This document shows, in pieces, positions 63,501-64,000 of a DNA stretch of 64,000 bases. Location: the NCBI RefSeq assembly GCF_963921235.1, contig NC_086097.1:61816001-61880000 (forward strand). The letters run 5' to 3'. The notes under the pieces are model-generated. The model was not told where the DNA came from. It made no database searches and saw nothing but the letters and a program-made list of their open reading frames with translations. Position 1 is the stretch's first letter, and each line of letters starts with the position of its first letter. The translations under genes were made by a program, and so were the position numbers. The stretch comes from Mobula hypostoma. Lineage: Eukaryota.

Positions 63501-64000
63501 CCTCTGTCATCTTCTTATCTCCAATTACAATTTCTCCAGCATCATTTTCTATCAGTCCTATATCTACTCTCACCTGTCTTTATATACTTGAAAAAGCTTT
63601 TAGTATCCTCTTTGATATTATTTGCTAGCTTCCTTTCATAGTTAAGCTTTTCCCTCTTAATGACCTTCTTGGTTTCCTTTTGTAAGGTTTTAAAAACTTC
63701 CCAATCCTCTGTCTTCCCAGTAATTTTTGCTTCCTTGTATGCCCAATCCTTTCCTTTAACTTTGGCTTTGACTTCTCTTGTCAACCACGGTTGCATCCTT
63801 TTTCCACTCGAAAATTTCTTCTTTTGTGGAATATACCTGTCTTGCACCTTCCTCATTTCTCGCATAAACTCCAGCTACTGCTGCTCTGCCGTCTTTCCCA
63901 CCAGCGTCCCTTTCCAGTCAACTTTGGCCAGTTCCTCTCTCACTTTGCTAGCCAGTTTACGGTCTGGGATCATCTTGTAGCAGAGGCCTGTTTGTCATAG
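60589..64000 (-). mobile_element. pogo/Tigger-family DNA transposon (runs off the window; interrupted by CR1)
   Basis: TA plus a TIR-like cagtgaaaccccgttataa at 60587; DDE_1 motifs LLLLDNCPTHP and LPKNTTSKIQPLDQGII; TGLCYKMIPDR at 63948-64000 continues into 61700-61771. Confidence 0.9.
61772..63942 (-). mobile_element. 5'-truncated CR1 (subfamily of 30632-34623)
   Basis: RT motifs, (ggtcttgt)n tail, TSD CTTTG at 61767-61771 and 63943-63947. Confidence 0.95.

Overview
Eukaryotic, vertebrate-type non-coding DNA that is almost entirely transposable-element derived. The repeat mix is CR1 LINEs with SGNH-esterase ORF1 and octamer tails, Rex1/Babar LINEs, Penelope-like elements, V-SINE-like relics, Gypsy LTR elements, Tc1 and pogo/Tigger. 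This suggests a cartilaginous fish such as a ray (inference only). No bacterial features, CRISPR arrays or confident host genes were found; there are only weak single-exon candidates. The most interesting observations are four. (1) A 172-bp palindromic Penelope-derived insertion has a 13-bp target-site duplication and carries a complete minimal hammerhead-ribozyme core in its loop (55018-55189). (2) A TSD-bounded 2-kb Nimb/I-group LINE keeps ORF1, the TAATG ORF1/ORF2 overlap and its 3' tail, but about 500 bp of unrelated coiled-coil-like sequence sits where ORF2 should be (47176-49178). (3) A fragmented endogenous-retrovirus-like element, almost invisible in the ORF track, can be pieced together from 16380 to at least ~25000 (possibly ~27900) across several nested insertions: two CCHC knuckles, TAG, protease, integrase C-terminus, env-like CxxC, PPT and LTR. 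(4) Several Russian-doll TE nests have resolvable TSDs. All calls come from reading the sequence by eye, and many boundaries are approximate.
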